Virus record (IMG/VR): IMGVR_UViG_3300027668_000010
Location: 1-64,000 of that record
DNA from: a virus
Direction: 5' to 3' (one strand)
DNA: 64,000 nt
This document shows, piece after piece, positions 26,048 through 36,169 of this stretch (position 1 is its first letter; each line of letters opens with the position of its first letter). Below the pieces are notes generated by a model that saw only the letters and a list, made by a program, of their open reading frames with translations, was not told the origin of the DNA and did not search any database. The position numbers were made by a program, and so were the translations under genes.

Positions 26048-28210
26048 ATGGCAAAAAAGAATCAAGAACAAAGTGAATTTAATAAACTTCTTCAGGATGA
26101 GATTACTCTCAGAGAACTGGAGCAAGGTCTTCAAGACAAACTGCTTCAGTCTGTCAAAAATAAAGAAAGAATATCTACCAATGCTCAAATTGTTCAACAA
26201 GATTTAAACAAATCATTATTAGAATCAGTATCTACCGAAGACAAAATTGAAGCAATTAAACAAGCTCAGGATAAACTCTTAGATGAAGCCGTTTCCAAAG
26301 GTAAGGCAATAAACGCAGAGCATTACAAAAGATTAGATACAGCAAAACAACTGTTGGTTAAATCCAAAGAAGAAGCAGATACTACCAAAACACTTAAAGA
26401 TGGATTAAAGGGTGCAAAAGATGAATTATTAGGTTCACTTGGACCAGCTGGCCAATTAGTAAGTCAAATGTTAGCCGCTGGGACTGCTGTAGCTATAATG
26501 GTGGTAGCTCTCACAGCTGCACTAAAGTTTATAATCGATATGGTTAGGCGTGGTATTGAATTAAACCAAACATTGGGTATGAGTGCTAAAGATTCAACTG
26601 CACTTGAAGCTAATATTATGGGAGCTAGCTACTCTATGGAGGGGTTACTTTATTCAACTGAGGAAATGCGAGCATCTGCTATGGCTTTAGTAGACACTAT
26701 GGGTAGGGTACAAGTTCCATCACAATTAATAACAGATGCAACTAGACTTACAAAGTTATTAGGTGGGGATGACGCTTCTGGTACATCATTAGCAAGGTCA
26801 CTCAAAAACGCTGGGCATAATCAAACTAAATTAACGGATGATATTGAAGCAATGGCAACCTCAATGGGTATGACTGCGGGTCCCGCTATGGAAATGCTAG
26901 TTCTGAATCAAATGAAGCTCGGTAGTTTATCTCACGAACAAGCACTAGCAGAAGCAAGAAAAGGATTAGAAATAAAAAAGCAAGGTTTAGATGTAAAGAA
27001 AATGAACGCAATGATGCGGGAAGCTTTAGATATTGAAGGTAGTATGCGAAGTGCAATGAAGCTCAGAATTATGAGTGGAAAAGAAATAAACTTTAATGCA
27101 ATAAATCAAGCAAAACTCGCAGATGATGAAGCGGGGCTAGCAAAAGCACTCAATGACCAAATTGCTCTAATGGGTCCTGGGTTTGAAACCAACCATAGGA
27201 TGCAGCAGTTAATGGCAGATGGTTTAAATCTATCAGTCGAAGAGATGAATAATATGCGTAACGCTACAGCAGAACAAGCAACACTTGCAGCTGAATTAGT
27301 AGAACTTCAAAAAACAAATAAAGATGCCACAGAAGAAACATTACTGGCTCAAAAAGAAAGTACTGAAGAAACTGGAAATGGTATAATGGCTATGATAGGA
27401 GGAATGCCAATGTGGGCTAAAGTTACCGCTGCAATTGTAGGTATTGGTGCAGCCCTAATCGTTGTAGCAATGCTAATCCCATCAGTAGGTGCAGGTATAA
27501 TTTCCATTACCGGAGCAGTTGGCTCGGGAATCGCATCAATAGGTGCAGGGATAGGTACTGCATTATCATCAATAGGTTTAGGAATTGCAGGATTAGCAGC
27601 CGGTTCTGTTGGAGTTCCCGTCTTATTAGCATTAACACTTGCTGTAATTGGGTTCGGTGCGGCACTTTACTTAGCTACACCTGCAATTGTAGAAATCGGT
27701 GGGGTACTTAAAACTGTATTCGAAGGAATTGGTTTAATAGTTACCAATATAGGAAATGTTATAATAGGTATATTCTCAGAAATACCACCAATCATTACAG
27801 CAGTATCAGATGGACTTGTTAATATGATGAATGTAGTAACTATGGATAATGTAGGTGCTATGTTACTATTAGGACCCGCTCTTATGGGTGTTGCATTCGG
27901 ATTGGCTGCAATTGGTATGATGGGGATACCTGGGTTACTAGCTCTTACAGGGTTAGGAGCAGTAACTGTTCTACTTGCACCTAGTTTAATGGGAATTGCT
28001 GATAGTATTGGTGATATGATGGGTGGTGGTTCAGATGATGTTGATACAAATTCAGATAATTCGGATTCTAAGTTAATAGATGCTATTAATGGATTACGTG
28101 GTGATATTCAGTCTCAACCTATACTAATAAGTGTAGATGGTAAAGTAGTTTCTGAAATAACAAAAATTCAAAGTAGACAGGGTGTATCTAAAAACGTATA
28201 TAGGAAATAA
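26048..28210 (+). CDS. Tape-measure-like protein
   Basis: Long helical Ala/Leu/Met-rich protein with Gly-rich hydrophobic C-half; located after tube and chaperone genes. Confidence 0.7.
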   Translation: MAKKNQEQSEFNKLLQDEITLRELEQGLQDKLLQSVKNKERISTNAQIVQQDLNKSLLESVSTEDKIEAIKQAQDKLLDEAVSKGKAINAEHYKRLDTAKQLLVKSKEEADTTKTLKDGLKGAKDELLGSLGPAGQLVSQMLAAGTAVAIMVVALTAALKFIIDMVRRGIELNQTLGMSAKDSTALEANIMGASYSMEGLLYSTEEMRASAMALVDTMGRVQVPSQLITDATRLTKLLGGDDASGTSLARSLKNAGHNQTKLTDDIEAMATSMGMTAGPAMEMLVLNQMKLGSLSHEQALAEARKGLEIKKQGLDVKKMNAMMREALDIEGSMRSAMKLRIMSGKEINFNAINQAKLADDEAGLAKALNDQIALMGPGFETNHRMQQLMADGLNLSVEEMNNMRNATAEQATLAAELVELQKTNKDATEETLLAQKESTEETGNGIMAMIGGMPMWAKVTAAIVGIGAALIVVAMLIPSVGAGIISITGAVGSGIASIGAGIGTALSSIGLGIAGLAAGSVGVPVLLALTLAVIGFGAALYLATPAIVEIGGVLKTVFEGIGLIVTNIGNVIIGIFSEIPPIITAVSDGLVNMMNVVTMDNVGAMLLLGPALMGVAFGLAAIGMMGIPGLLALTGLGAVTVLLAPSLMGIADSIGDMMGGGSDDVDTNSDNSDSKLIDAINGLRGDIQSQPILISVDGKVVSEITKIQSRQGVSKNVYRK

Positions 28211-28212
28211 CT

Positions 28213-31200
28213 ATGGCATTAAAAGATTTAAAATCAGACCTTTCAAAGTTTAGGATGCCAAAGAAAGACCCGTTGGAATCTAAAGAAAGAGTAACTGTTA
28301 ACAAAAACTTAAACAAAACACCTTTAAGTTCTATGGTAGAATCAGCACCAAAGATTCCACGTTCTCAAACAACTACTAATAAAGAGGGTGTTAATCCAAA
28401 AAATATGGATAACACATCTAAGTTCTTAGGTGAAACCACACCTACACCATCTAATAACTCTGAAAAGTTTTTAGGTGAAACCACTACTAAACCATTAAGT
28501 TTAGAAGAACGTTACTTAGGTGAAACAACACCAACCAATTCAGATAACACATCTAAGTTCTTAGGGGAAACGACTCCTACTAAATTTGATAATCAATCTA
28601 GCTTCTTAGGTGAAACAACTCCTAATAAATTTGATAATAACGAAAACTTCTTAGGATTAACAACCCCAACTCTATCTAATAGGGAATCGAAGTTTTTAGG
28701 TGAAACCACTCCTAATTCAGCAGATAACACATCTAAGTTTTTAGGTGAAACCACTCCTAATTCAGCAGATAACACATCTAAGTTTTTGGGTGAAACAACA
28801 CAAACTCCATCTAATAACACATCTAAGTTTTTAGGTGAAACAACACAAACTCCATCTAACAATAAATCTAGGTTCTTAGGGGAAACAACACCCACCGAAG
28901 TTAACTTTATTACAGATATTCATGCTAAAGGGTTTACATCAAAACAAAAGCATAAATCACCATCTAAGTTCAATGGTATAAACAAACCCCAAAGTTCATT
29001 CGATGGGAATTCATCAGTATATGGTAAACTTAAAACTTCTAATTTTATAACAGATACTCATTCAACTGGGTTTTCTTTAAATAAATTTCATAAAGCTCCA
29101 TCCGAATTTACTGGTGTAGGAAAAACGCAAGATATATGGAATAATAACTCATTATTTGGTAATATAGGAACTGTTGATTTCTTTCCAAATGACGGAAAAT
29201 CACAATCACGCGGGTTTACATTAAATCAAAAGCATAAATCACCATCACAGTTTACTGGGATTTCAAACGAACAAAATAAGTGGGATACTGATTCATCTGA
29301 ATACAGTAGTTTTTCTAATTATATACATGATGATTTATCATCAGCACCTGGTTATGGTAAGTTTAAATTACAAAAACAATCATCAGGTCAAAAGCAAAGT
29401 TACAACCAAGACAGCACCTATTATATGGATTCATTCCAAAGAGGTGATTTTGCATTAGATTTGACTAAAGGTAAAATATCCAAACTACAAGAGATGCGGA
29501 ATTCACCATCGTTCTTAGATGAGATGTATTCTAAATTTAATCTAAGAGATGATGCACATAATACTGGAATGACTGCATTTGACCATCCACTAATTCTTAG
29601 AGGTATACAACGTAAGGGTAAGAAGGGAAACGAACCTCAAAACTTTGGTATACCAGGTACTAACATTGATTTAGATGATGGACTTATCAGAGGTGGTATA
29701 ATAACATCAACTACAAGAGCAGTTATAGATGCAATTAGACTTGGTAAGTGGATGGTATCCATCAAAGGGTTATTATGGGGTGTTAAGCAATTTGGATTAC
29801 AACAATCAAATCCAAATGTGGAAAAGATTGGTGGAATCAGACGTACAAAAATGTGGACACCTATAAACACATTAGCATCTGCAATTGGTGTACAGATTGG
29901 ATTACACCCAAATAGACATGGATTCACACCATTTGATTTAAATGATGGTTCATATGAATCGGTACAAAAGCAAAAAGCAATAGCACATAGGGCTGGTAAG
30001 TTAATAATAGGTGCACCAATAGTTGGTAATAGGTTAGTTGGATTATGGAAAGATTCGTTTTCTACTTTTTACGGGACATCAACCTCATCTACCTTTACAG
30101 GCTCACCTCATTCAAGGCTTCAAGGAATAGGTGGACCTAATTCAGTATATGGATTAATTCCAAACGGTAAATTTCCTAGACGTGATGAAGATACCCGATA
30201 TGATGTATTCTACGGTAATACTGAGGATAATCGGTATGGTACATTCGTTCAGACTATCACACCTAATCCGGGATTTACCGATAGTATACCTGAACCAGCA
30301 GCTGTAAACCAAAATAAAGCAGAACGGTTAAAAAAATTAGTTGAATCTGGAAACATTAGGAAGTTCGCAGGTGGAGGCGCACCATTACAAGATGCTAAAG
30401 GCCGGAACTATGATGCAACAAATGCAGCCGGCGATGATATTGGCAAAAATATACCCGGCTCAGAAGTAATCAACGATTACGAAACCATTGCATATGGTGA
30501 TATGCCCAATAGAGTTTCCGGGGAAACATCAGATATAGATTTCAGAAGTTTGTTAACAAAAGATAGTAATGAATCTAATCGAGCCAAAAAAGAAAACTAT
30601 ACTGAAAAAAACATAAACGCAAGAGTTAATTTTGGAAATCCTGGTAAATTAGGTACAGGTGAAAATAGAGTAGATTATGATAATACAGACCCAAAAAAGG
30701 CAGGATTTCTAGATAGATTTGATAAAGTAAATGCATCTGATGTAGGCGATGCTGTCTTAAATGATTTAATTCACTTACAGTTCAAAACATCTGATAAGAC
30801 GAGAATTCAATTCAGAGGAACGGTTTCAGGAATAACCGATACATTCTCACCATCATGGGATTCTATAAAGTACAATGGTAGAGCAGACCAAGCATATCAA
30901 TACAAAACATTCGAACGAAGTTTATCATTTGCCTTTAAAATTTATGCAACCTCCCGTATTGAAATGATGCCTATATATAAAAAACTATCTCAGTTATCAA
31001 AAATGACTATGCCGGTATATAATGGTGACCCTGGATATAGTGGACAACTAATTAATTTCCGTTTGGGTAGTTTGTTTAACAAACGACAAGCATTCATCGA
31101 ATCATTATCATATTCAATGTCAGATGAAACCCCATGGGACCTCGCATTAGATAATAACGTAGGTGAATTACCAATGGGTATTGATGTATCAATAGGATTA

Positions 31201-31260
31201 AAAATTCTAGGAGAAACTCCATCATCTACAATGGAAAAAGTTTATGATACAGTATTTTAG
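28213..31260 (+). CDS. Baseplate/tube-initiator-like protein with N-terminal repeats
   Basis: C-terminal FRG.VSGITD.FSPSW....YNGRA....Y..FERSLSF.F.I domain; 15-aa repeats at N-terminus. Confidence 0.55.
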   Translation: MALKDLKSDLSKFRMPKKDPLESKERVTVNKNLNKTPLSSMVESAPKIPRSQTTTNKEGVNPKNMDNTSKFLGETTPTPSNNSEKFLGETTTKPLSLEERYLGETTPTNSDNTSKFLGETTPTKFDNQSSFLGETTPNKFDNNENFLGLTTPTLSNRESKFLGETTPNSADNTSKFLGETTPNSADNTSKFLGETTQTPSNNTSKFLGETTQTPSNNKSRFLGETTPTEVNFITDIHAKGFTSKQKHKSPSKFNGINKPQSSFDGNSSVYGKLKTSNFITDTHSTGFSLNKFHKAPSEFTGVGKTQDIWNNNSLFGNIGTVDFFPNDGKSQSRGFTLNQKHKSPSQFTGISNEQNKWDTDSSEYSSFSNYIHDDLSSAPGYGKFKLQKQSSGQKQSYNQDSTYYMDSFQRGDFALDLTKGKISKLQEMRNSPSFLDEMYSKFNLRDDAHNTGMTAFDHPLILRGIQRKGKKGNEPQNFGIPGTNIDLDDGLIRGGIITSTTRAVIDAIRLGKWMVSIKGLLWGVKQFGLQQSNPNVEKIGGIRRTKMWTPINTLASAIGVQIGLHPNRHGFTPFDLNDGSYESVQKQKAIAHRAGKLIIGAPIVGNRLVGLWKDSFSTFYGTSTSSTFTGSPHSRLQGIGGPNSVYGLIPNGKFPRRDEDTRYDVFYGNTEDNRYGTFVQTITPNPGFTDSIPEPAAVNQNKAERLKKLVESGNIRKFAGGGAPLQDAKGRNYDATNAAGDDIGKNIPGSEVINDYETIAYGDMPNRVSGETSDIDFRSLLTKDSNESNRAKKENYTEKNINARVNFGNPGKLGTGENRVDYDNTDPKKAGFLDRFDKVNASDVGDAVLNDLIHLQFKTSDKTRIQFRGTVSGITDTFSPSWDSIKYNGRADQAYQYKTFERSLSFAFKIYATSRIEMMPIYKKLSQLSKMTMPVYNGDPGYSGQLINFRLGSLFNKRQAFIESLSYSMSDETPWDLALDNNVGELPMGIDVSIGLKILGETPSSTMEKVYDTVF
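28411..28900 (+). repeat. 11 coding copies of a 45-bp/15-aa unit (NTSKFLGETTPxxxD)
   Basis: Visible in both translation and DNA. Confidence 0.9.
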
Positions 31261-31269
31261 AGGTAGATT

Positions 31270-31566
31270 ATGAATAGATATGAAAATATAACAATAGTAA
31301 AGACAGAAGAAGGTAAGAGATATCGGAAATCAGTCCAATACCCTGCGATAGAACGTAATCTAAATGATATTTATATCATAGGTGCTAGACACGATAGGTT
31401 AGATAATCTTGCATTCCAATATTACGAAGATGCAGCCTTATGGTGGATTATAGCAAGAGCAAATAATATAGGAAAAGGTAATCTAACAGTTCCAATCGGA
31501 GTACAGATTAGAATACCACACGATTATTTAACAATTGTAAGAGAATATAACGAATTAAACGAATAA
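31270..31566 (+). CDS. LysM-like baseplate wedge protein (gp53/tail-X-like)
   Basis: DRLDNLAFQYY.D..LWWIIA.AN...G.QIRIP. Confidence 0.8.
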   Translation: MNRYENITIVKTEEGKRYRKSVQYPAIERNLNDIYIIGARHDRLDNLAFQYYEDAALWWIIARANNIGKGNLTVPIGVQIRIPHDYLTIVREYNELNE

Positions 31567-31569
31567 GTT

Positions 31570-33453
31570 ATGGAAAACCCATTTAATCCAATATTTAGTG
31601 AAGCCGCTAAAAAAGAATTAGACAGACGTAGTAATATGCCTGATTCGTGGAAGTACAAAAAATACGCATACATTAATTTAGAACTTACAGGCGAAACTGC
31701 AACTAACATTTGTGTATCAGATACATCTTTAAAAATAGGTGATACTAATTCAGGTAAACTGTATACTACTGATAACGGTGTTAGACGACCTAACATAACA
31801 CTCCAATCGGTTAATATTAGAAATGAAGGTGGTAGTGATTATACCAATTCATATTTGTATGAAATAGAGGCATCCTTTAAAGTTTGGAGCAAAGACCAAA
31901 TGGATAAAGTAGAGAAGGGATTTTTTAGACTTGGTGGGGAGATGAAAGTATCCTTTGGATGGCGAGGTAGTACTGATGTAGTAAATACCGATTCAATCCT
32001 TGCTTCTATATATAATTTTGGATTCTCAATGGATTCCGATGGTAGTTATAATTGTAATGTTAAAGCAATGTCAGGAGCATCGTTGTTTGGACAAGAAACT
32101 ATGGGTGGGGAACGTACTACCGAATCACTTGGATTAAAGACGGAAATAACTGGAATAGATAAAGTATTCGCAAATCCAATAGAAACTTTTATATTAATGG
32201 GTAGACAATCGTTCGGTATAAAAGAAGGTAAGACGGATACCGCTGATGGATTAGAAAATAATGAAGTTCAATTCCGAAGGTACGAAAAAAAATACGACTT
32301 CGCCGCATTAGAGTTGGAAGAACCATCGAGTGGTGTATTAGATTTTTTATCTGGTGGTAATGATAAAACTGTATTATATACATCATTAGGTTCAATCATT
32401 AGGTATTTAAACGATACTACTAAAACATCCGATGGTTTGTTTAATATTAATATTCATGGTACTACTGATGAATTCAAATACTCACCAAAAGAATTTAAAG
32501 ATTTTGGTTCATCTAACCCATTTAGAACTTTTATACCAATAGGAAATGCTGGGCAGTATGGTACAGAAGGTGGAATTAACTTCACAAAAAGTTACGACAT
32601 TCCGTTACCATCCAATTCTAGCGAAATCGAACAAATATTTATTAATACAAACGTGTTAGCTGATGCCTATAGTGGTTTACAAAGTAGTGCTTCTGGAAAA
32701 GATGGAGTAAAAGCCCCACCCAAAACAAAGGATTTTTTGTCAAAACTATTTTCTATAATAGAAACTGATACCGGTGGTATTGTTAGGTTACAACTCCGAC
32801 CAAAAATTACTGACTTAGATTCAAAACAACCTAGCCCAGAGAACCAAATGACCTTCGACATTATAAATCGGGCTATGATAAGAACCAAAGCAAAAAAAGA
32901 GGATTCAAAACCATACATATTTTCAGTATTAGGGGAAAACTCAATTACACGAAACGTAAGTCTTCAAAGTGATTTCGATTCTGATATGTTGATGCGGACA
33001 ACTTCAAAATCTATGAAAGAAGGAAGTTCAAATTTCAGAGTGATATCGACGTTATATTCTGATTGTGATAAGTTAAAGGTTGAGAAAACTAAGGCTGATG
33101 AAAATACTATTGTAACGGCAAAAATGATAACACAGGCAAAAACGAATATGGGTGTAGAGGGGTATACTTCTGAAAAAGCAAGTTCATTAACTTCTCTTAT
33201 TCAAAAATTTGTAGGTCAAAACGCCGACACAATATCGGTAGGTTCGTTTGGTGAAGTTCCAATGATGTTAAAATTAGGGGTAACGATTGATGGTATTTCA
33301 GGTGTAAAGTATATGTCTCCCATAATGATTGACCGTATGCCAACGGTGTATACCAAAAAAGGCATCGATTTTCCTATAATCTCAATTGAACATTCATTTG
33401 ATGGACAAGGTGATTGGTCAACTACATATGAAACTGTAATGAGAATTAAATAG
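31570..33453 (+). CDS. Putative baseplate hub protein
   Basis: V.FGW, NF.FS...DG.Y.C, C-terminal GVTIDGISG...I.H.F...W.T; synteny. Confidence 0.5.
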   Translation: MENPFNPIFSEAAKKELDRRSNMPDSWKYKKYAYINLELTGETATNICVSDTSLKIGDTNSGKLYTTDNGVRRPNITLQSVNIRNEGGSDYTNSYLYEIEASFKVWSKDQMDKVEKGFFRLGGEMKVSFGWRGSTDVVNTDSILASIYNFGFSMDSDGSYNCNVKAMSGASLFGQETMGGERTTESLGLKTEITGIDKVFANPIETFILMGRQSFGIKEGKTDTADGLENNEVQFRRYEKKYDFAALELEEPSSGVLDFLSGGNDKTVLYTSLGSIIRYLNDTTKTSDGLFNINIHGTTDEFKYSPKEFKDFGSSNPFRTFIPIGNAGQYGTEGGINFTKSYDIPLPSNSSEIEQIFINTNVLADAYSGLQSSASGKDGVKAPPKTKDFLSKLFSIIETDTGGIVRLQLRPKITDLDSKQPSPENQMTFDIINRAMIRTKAKKEDSKPYIFSVLGENSITRNVSLQSDFDSDMLMRTTSKSMKEGSSNFRVISTLYSDCDKLKVEKTKADENTIVTAKMITQAKTNMGVEGYTSEKASSLTSLIQKFVGQNADTISVGSFGEVPMMLKLGVTIDGISGVKYMSPIMIDRMPTVYTKKGIDFPIISIEHSFDGQGDWSTTYETVMRIK

Positions 33454-33460
33454 AACTAAC

Positions 33461-34093
33461 ATGGCTGATAAACGAAACCGTATATATTACACTAAAGCAC
33501 AGATAACAACTGGATTAATTACCGATGGTTCTGAATGGATGTTTACTGATAATGTTGAATACATTGGGCAGTATCATACATATACGACTGGTGAGGTATT
33601 TTCAGAACCATCATTTGTTAATACTAAATCAAGAATCTTAATTCCATATGTAGATATCAAAAAATTAAATCAACAAACTGATGTAGGATTTGATTTAGCA
33701 AAAAACTTTGAGTACGATAATATAAAAACATTGGATGTAAAAAAATCAATTACACCTAACCCATCACAACTAACACCAACCAATTCTGATATAAAGCGGG
33801 GTTGGATGGAACGATACTTTGCACAAAAGGTAAATGATGATTCTTTCTTAGAGTTATCTAAAAAGGATTTTGGAAAAGTAGGAACTGATAAGGGATTGGA
33901 TTCTATATTATGGAAAAAGTTCAAAATAAGATGGAAAATATCCGGCCCTATTGTTGATATAAAGAACCCCGATGGTAGTATTAAAGAAGCAGGTATAGAA
34001 AACACAAATAGAAGAACTACCCTAATATCATCAGATAATTACCCACCCCTCAAAACTTATATCACAAATTACAGAGAGTTTGCACAAACTTAA
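33461..34093 (+). CDS. Conserved baseplate-region hypothetical protein
   Basis: YIG.YH...G..FS, PT..D...G...RYF, W.ISGP. Confidence 0.55.
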   Translation: MADKRNRIYYTKAQITTGLITDGSEWMFTDNVEYIGQYHTYTTGEVFSEPSFVNTKSRILIPYVDIKKLNQQTDVGFDLAKNFEYDNIKTLDVKKSITPNPSQLTPTNSDIKRGWMERYFAQKVNDDSFLELSKKDFGKVGTDKGLDSILWKKFKIRWKISGPIVDIKNPDGSIKEAGIENTNRRTTLISSDNYPPLKTYITNYREFAQT

Positions 34094-34099
34094 AAATAC

Positions 34100-34155
34100 T
34101 TAACAATTTCTTAACATTGGAAGTTTGGTAATACCATGCTTTTTTCGTATATTTA
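34100..34155 (+). promoter_or_regulatory. Bacteroidota-type early promoter with upstream TTAACA tandem
   Basis: TTAACA 34100 and 34111; TTTG 34124-27, 20-nt spacer, TATATTTA 34148-55. Confidence 0.75.
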
Positions 34156-34207
34156 CATAGTAAAAGGGTTAGAGTTAACCTCATTTAATAAGTAAAAATT
34201 AAAAAAT

Positions 34208-34546
34208 ATGAAAAAGCCATTAAACACTAAGTACGGAATCCAAATCACAAAACCTTGGAGTAACGAAATGTATGACCACAATGATAAGGTGGCCGATTTG
34301 ATGAAGATTGAAATATTAATTCAGTTAAAAAACGCTAAACATACGGATGATGAGGAACTTTTACGAAAGGTTTCTTCTATTGTTTGTCCAACTGGGTATG
34401 GTACTGGATTTGATTTTGAAGATATCTATAATGAAACTCTTAGAGAGCTTGAAAACGTTCAAAACTTCTGGCTGAATGAAGAATACCCATATGCAGTAAG
34501 TAAAGGTATTATTCCTGAGGTTAAGTTGGAATTCATTGGATATTAA
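34208..34546 (+). CDS. Hypothetical protein
   Basis: ORF directly after early promoter, A-rich leader. Confidence 0.7.
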   Translation: MKKPLNTKYGIQITKPWSNEMYDHNDKVADLMKIEILIQLKNAKHTDDEELLRKVSSIVCPTGYGTGFDFEDIYNETLRELENVQNFWLNEEYPYAVSKGIIPEVKLEFIGY

Positions 34547-34548
34547 AT

Positions 34549-34603
34549 TTAACATTTTTTAACATTTAAAATTTGGTAAATCCAATAAATTGTTGTACAT
34601 TAG
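34549..34603 (+). promoter_or_regulatory. Early promoter with TTAACA tandem
   Basis: TTTG 34572-75, N20, TACATTAG 34596-603. Confidence 0.65.
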
Positions 34604-34656
34604 TAAGGTAATACGGAGTTAAGGTTTAACCCAATTAAAAATTAAATAAATAAGTT

Positions 34657-34953
34657 ATGAAAAGTAAATTAAAAATTCATTCTCAGTTCTATGAGAATTA
34701 CGGAGCCCATGATTGGGATGGTAATGGTGATTGTCCACAGAGTTGGAAGCCAAAAGGTGGCCACACCTTCGAAATCGAAGTAGATTCGGATGTGGTAATG
34801 TATTCAACTAAGTTAGAATCTCATCTTACAGAGATTGTAGCATCTCAATCAGATGATTATCAGAAGTTTGAGTATTTAGAGCATGAGTTGGAATTCGTTA
34901 AACCATCCGTATTGGATTCGGAATTACTTTATTCACTATTAAGAGCAGAGTAA
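34657..34953 (+). CDS. Hypothetical protein
   Basis: Q..ENYGAHDWDG.G.CPQ.WK.KGG, a motif I recall from other phage small proteins. Confidence 0.7.
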   Translation: MKSKLKIHSQFYENYGAHDWDGNGDCPQSWKPKGGHTFEIEVDSDVVMYSTKLESHLTEIVASQSDDYQKFEYLEHELEFVKPSVLDSELLYSLLRAE

Positions 34954-35129
34954 TGGATAAAGATTTAAAAGAAATACTAAACAGAATCAAATTCCTAAAG
35001 GAAGATTTTGAGATGTTACAAGATGGTAGATGGAGTTTAACTTATTCAGATGGTTCAAGTGTAGATGCATCTATTGAAAATTGTGATAAGATAATCAAAG
35101 CAGTTGAACGTTTAAATAAACGAAAATGA
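34953..35129 (+). CDS. Hypothetical protein (58 aa, not in ORF track)
   Basis: TAATG coupling; MDKDLKEILNRIKFLKEDFEMLQDGRW...RK; overlaps next start. Confidence 0.55.
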   Translation: MDKDLKEILNRIKFLKEDFEMLQDGRWSLTYSDGSSVDASIENCDKIIKAVERLNKRK

Positions 35130-35347
35130 GACCAAAAGATAAAGCAAGCAAATTAGCAAATAAATTCATTACTAAATCTGTATTTGATATGACAGATAAA
35201 GAACTAAAAGAGCAAAGAGAACAAGGTAAAACATTTGCTATTATTTGTGTAGACGAAATATTAAGTGACAACCCAAATATTTATGATAGCGATAGACTGA
35301 ATCATAAATATTGGAAAGAAGTAAAAAAAGAGGTTGAGCTATTGTAG
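35126..35347 (+). CDS. Hypothetical protein
   Basis: PK.KA..L, A.ICVDEIL, YW.EVKKE. Confidence 0.65.
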   Translation: MRPKDKASKLANKFITKSVFDMTDKELKEQREQGKTFAIICVDEILSDNPNIYDSDRLNHKYWKEVKKEVELL

Positions 35348-35392
35348 CTAACGGTTAGTGTAAGAATAGTTTAGGATTAAATAACAGAAATT

Positions 35393-35707
35393 ATGAAAGA
35401 TATAATTACAGCAGAAGATATGATTAAAAGATTAGGTTTAGAGAAAAAACGAAATATTATGAATATAGACTACAGTAAAATAACAAATAACTCAGAAGTA
35501 GTAAAGCTTTTGAAGCAAAGATTAAAATTGGAAGCAAAGATAAAAGCACTTGACCCAATGGCTTTAATAAACCACGAAATTGAGTTATTATCTTTACCTG
35601 ATGTTGTAGAGCAAAGCGAACAGTATTGCGACTGCGATAAACCTGCTCCTGGAGACAATGTTTGGAGTTGCGGTTGTGGTAATCCATTTAAGAAAAAAGA
35701 TAAATAG
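35393..35707 (+). CDS. Hypothetical protein with C-terminal Cys cluster
   Basis: YCDCD...SCGCG; bounded by AACGGTT repeats. Confidence 0.55.
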   Translation: MKDIITAEDMIKRLGLEKKRNIMNIDYSKITNNSEVVKLLKQRLKLEAKIKALDPMALINHEIELLSLPDVVEQSEQYCDCDKPAPGDNVWSCGCGNPFKKKDK

Positions 35708-35769
35708 CAATATTGCCTACAACGGTTTGGGTATGAAATGTAATTTTAACGGATTAAATAAAACTAAGG

Positions 35770-35958
35770 ATGGAAAAGTGGACGTATAGGGAAATGGGTA
35801 GTAGGAATAAAAAGACTGGAAAGTTATCCTATTATACTGTAACAGTTACAGATTTTAAAATAACCGATTGTGAATGTCCTGCTAGGGAGTTCCGTAGTTA
35901 TACCCCATGTAAACATATGAAACGATTAAACGAAAAATTAACACATTTTACAATATGA
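35770..35958 (+). CDS. SWIM zinc-finger protein
   Basis: YTV...CECP......PCKH. Confidence 0.75.
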   Translation: MEKWTYREMGSRNKKTGKLSYYTVTVTDFKITDCECPAREFRSYTPCKHMKRLNEKLTHFTI

Positions 35959-36013
35959 ATTGGTATCAATTAGAAGTAGAAGCAGATAAGTACGAAGAAT
36001 TGCAGGAATTACT

Positions 36014-36045
36014 TTTGGAATTGTCAAAATAATTTCGTATATTTA
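36014..36045 (+). promoter_or_regulatory. Early promoter
   Basis: TTTG-N20-TATATTTA. Confidence 0.7.
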
Positions 36046-36169
36046 CAAAAATAAAGATGAAAATGAATAACCAAGAAGATTCAGCCAAATTTGTATTCAT
36101 TGCAATGATTGGCATCGGAGTATTAATATTAATTTTATTATTAACAGTATAAGTTATGACAACACAAAG

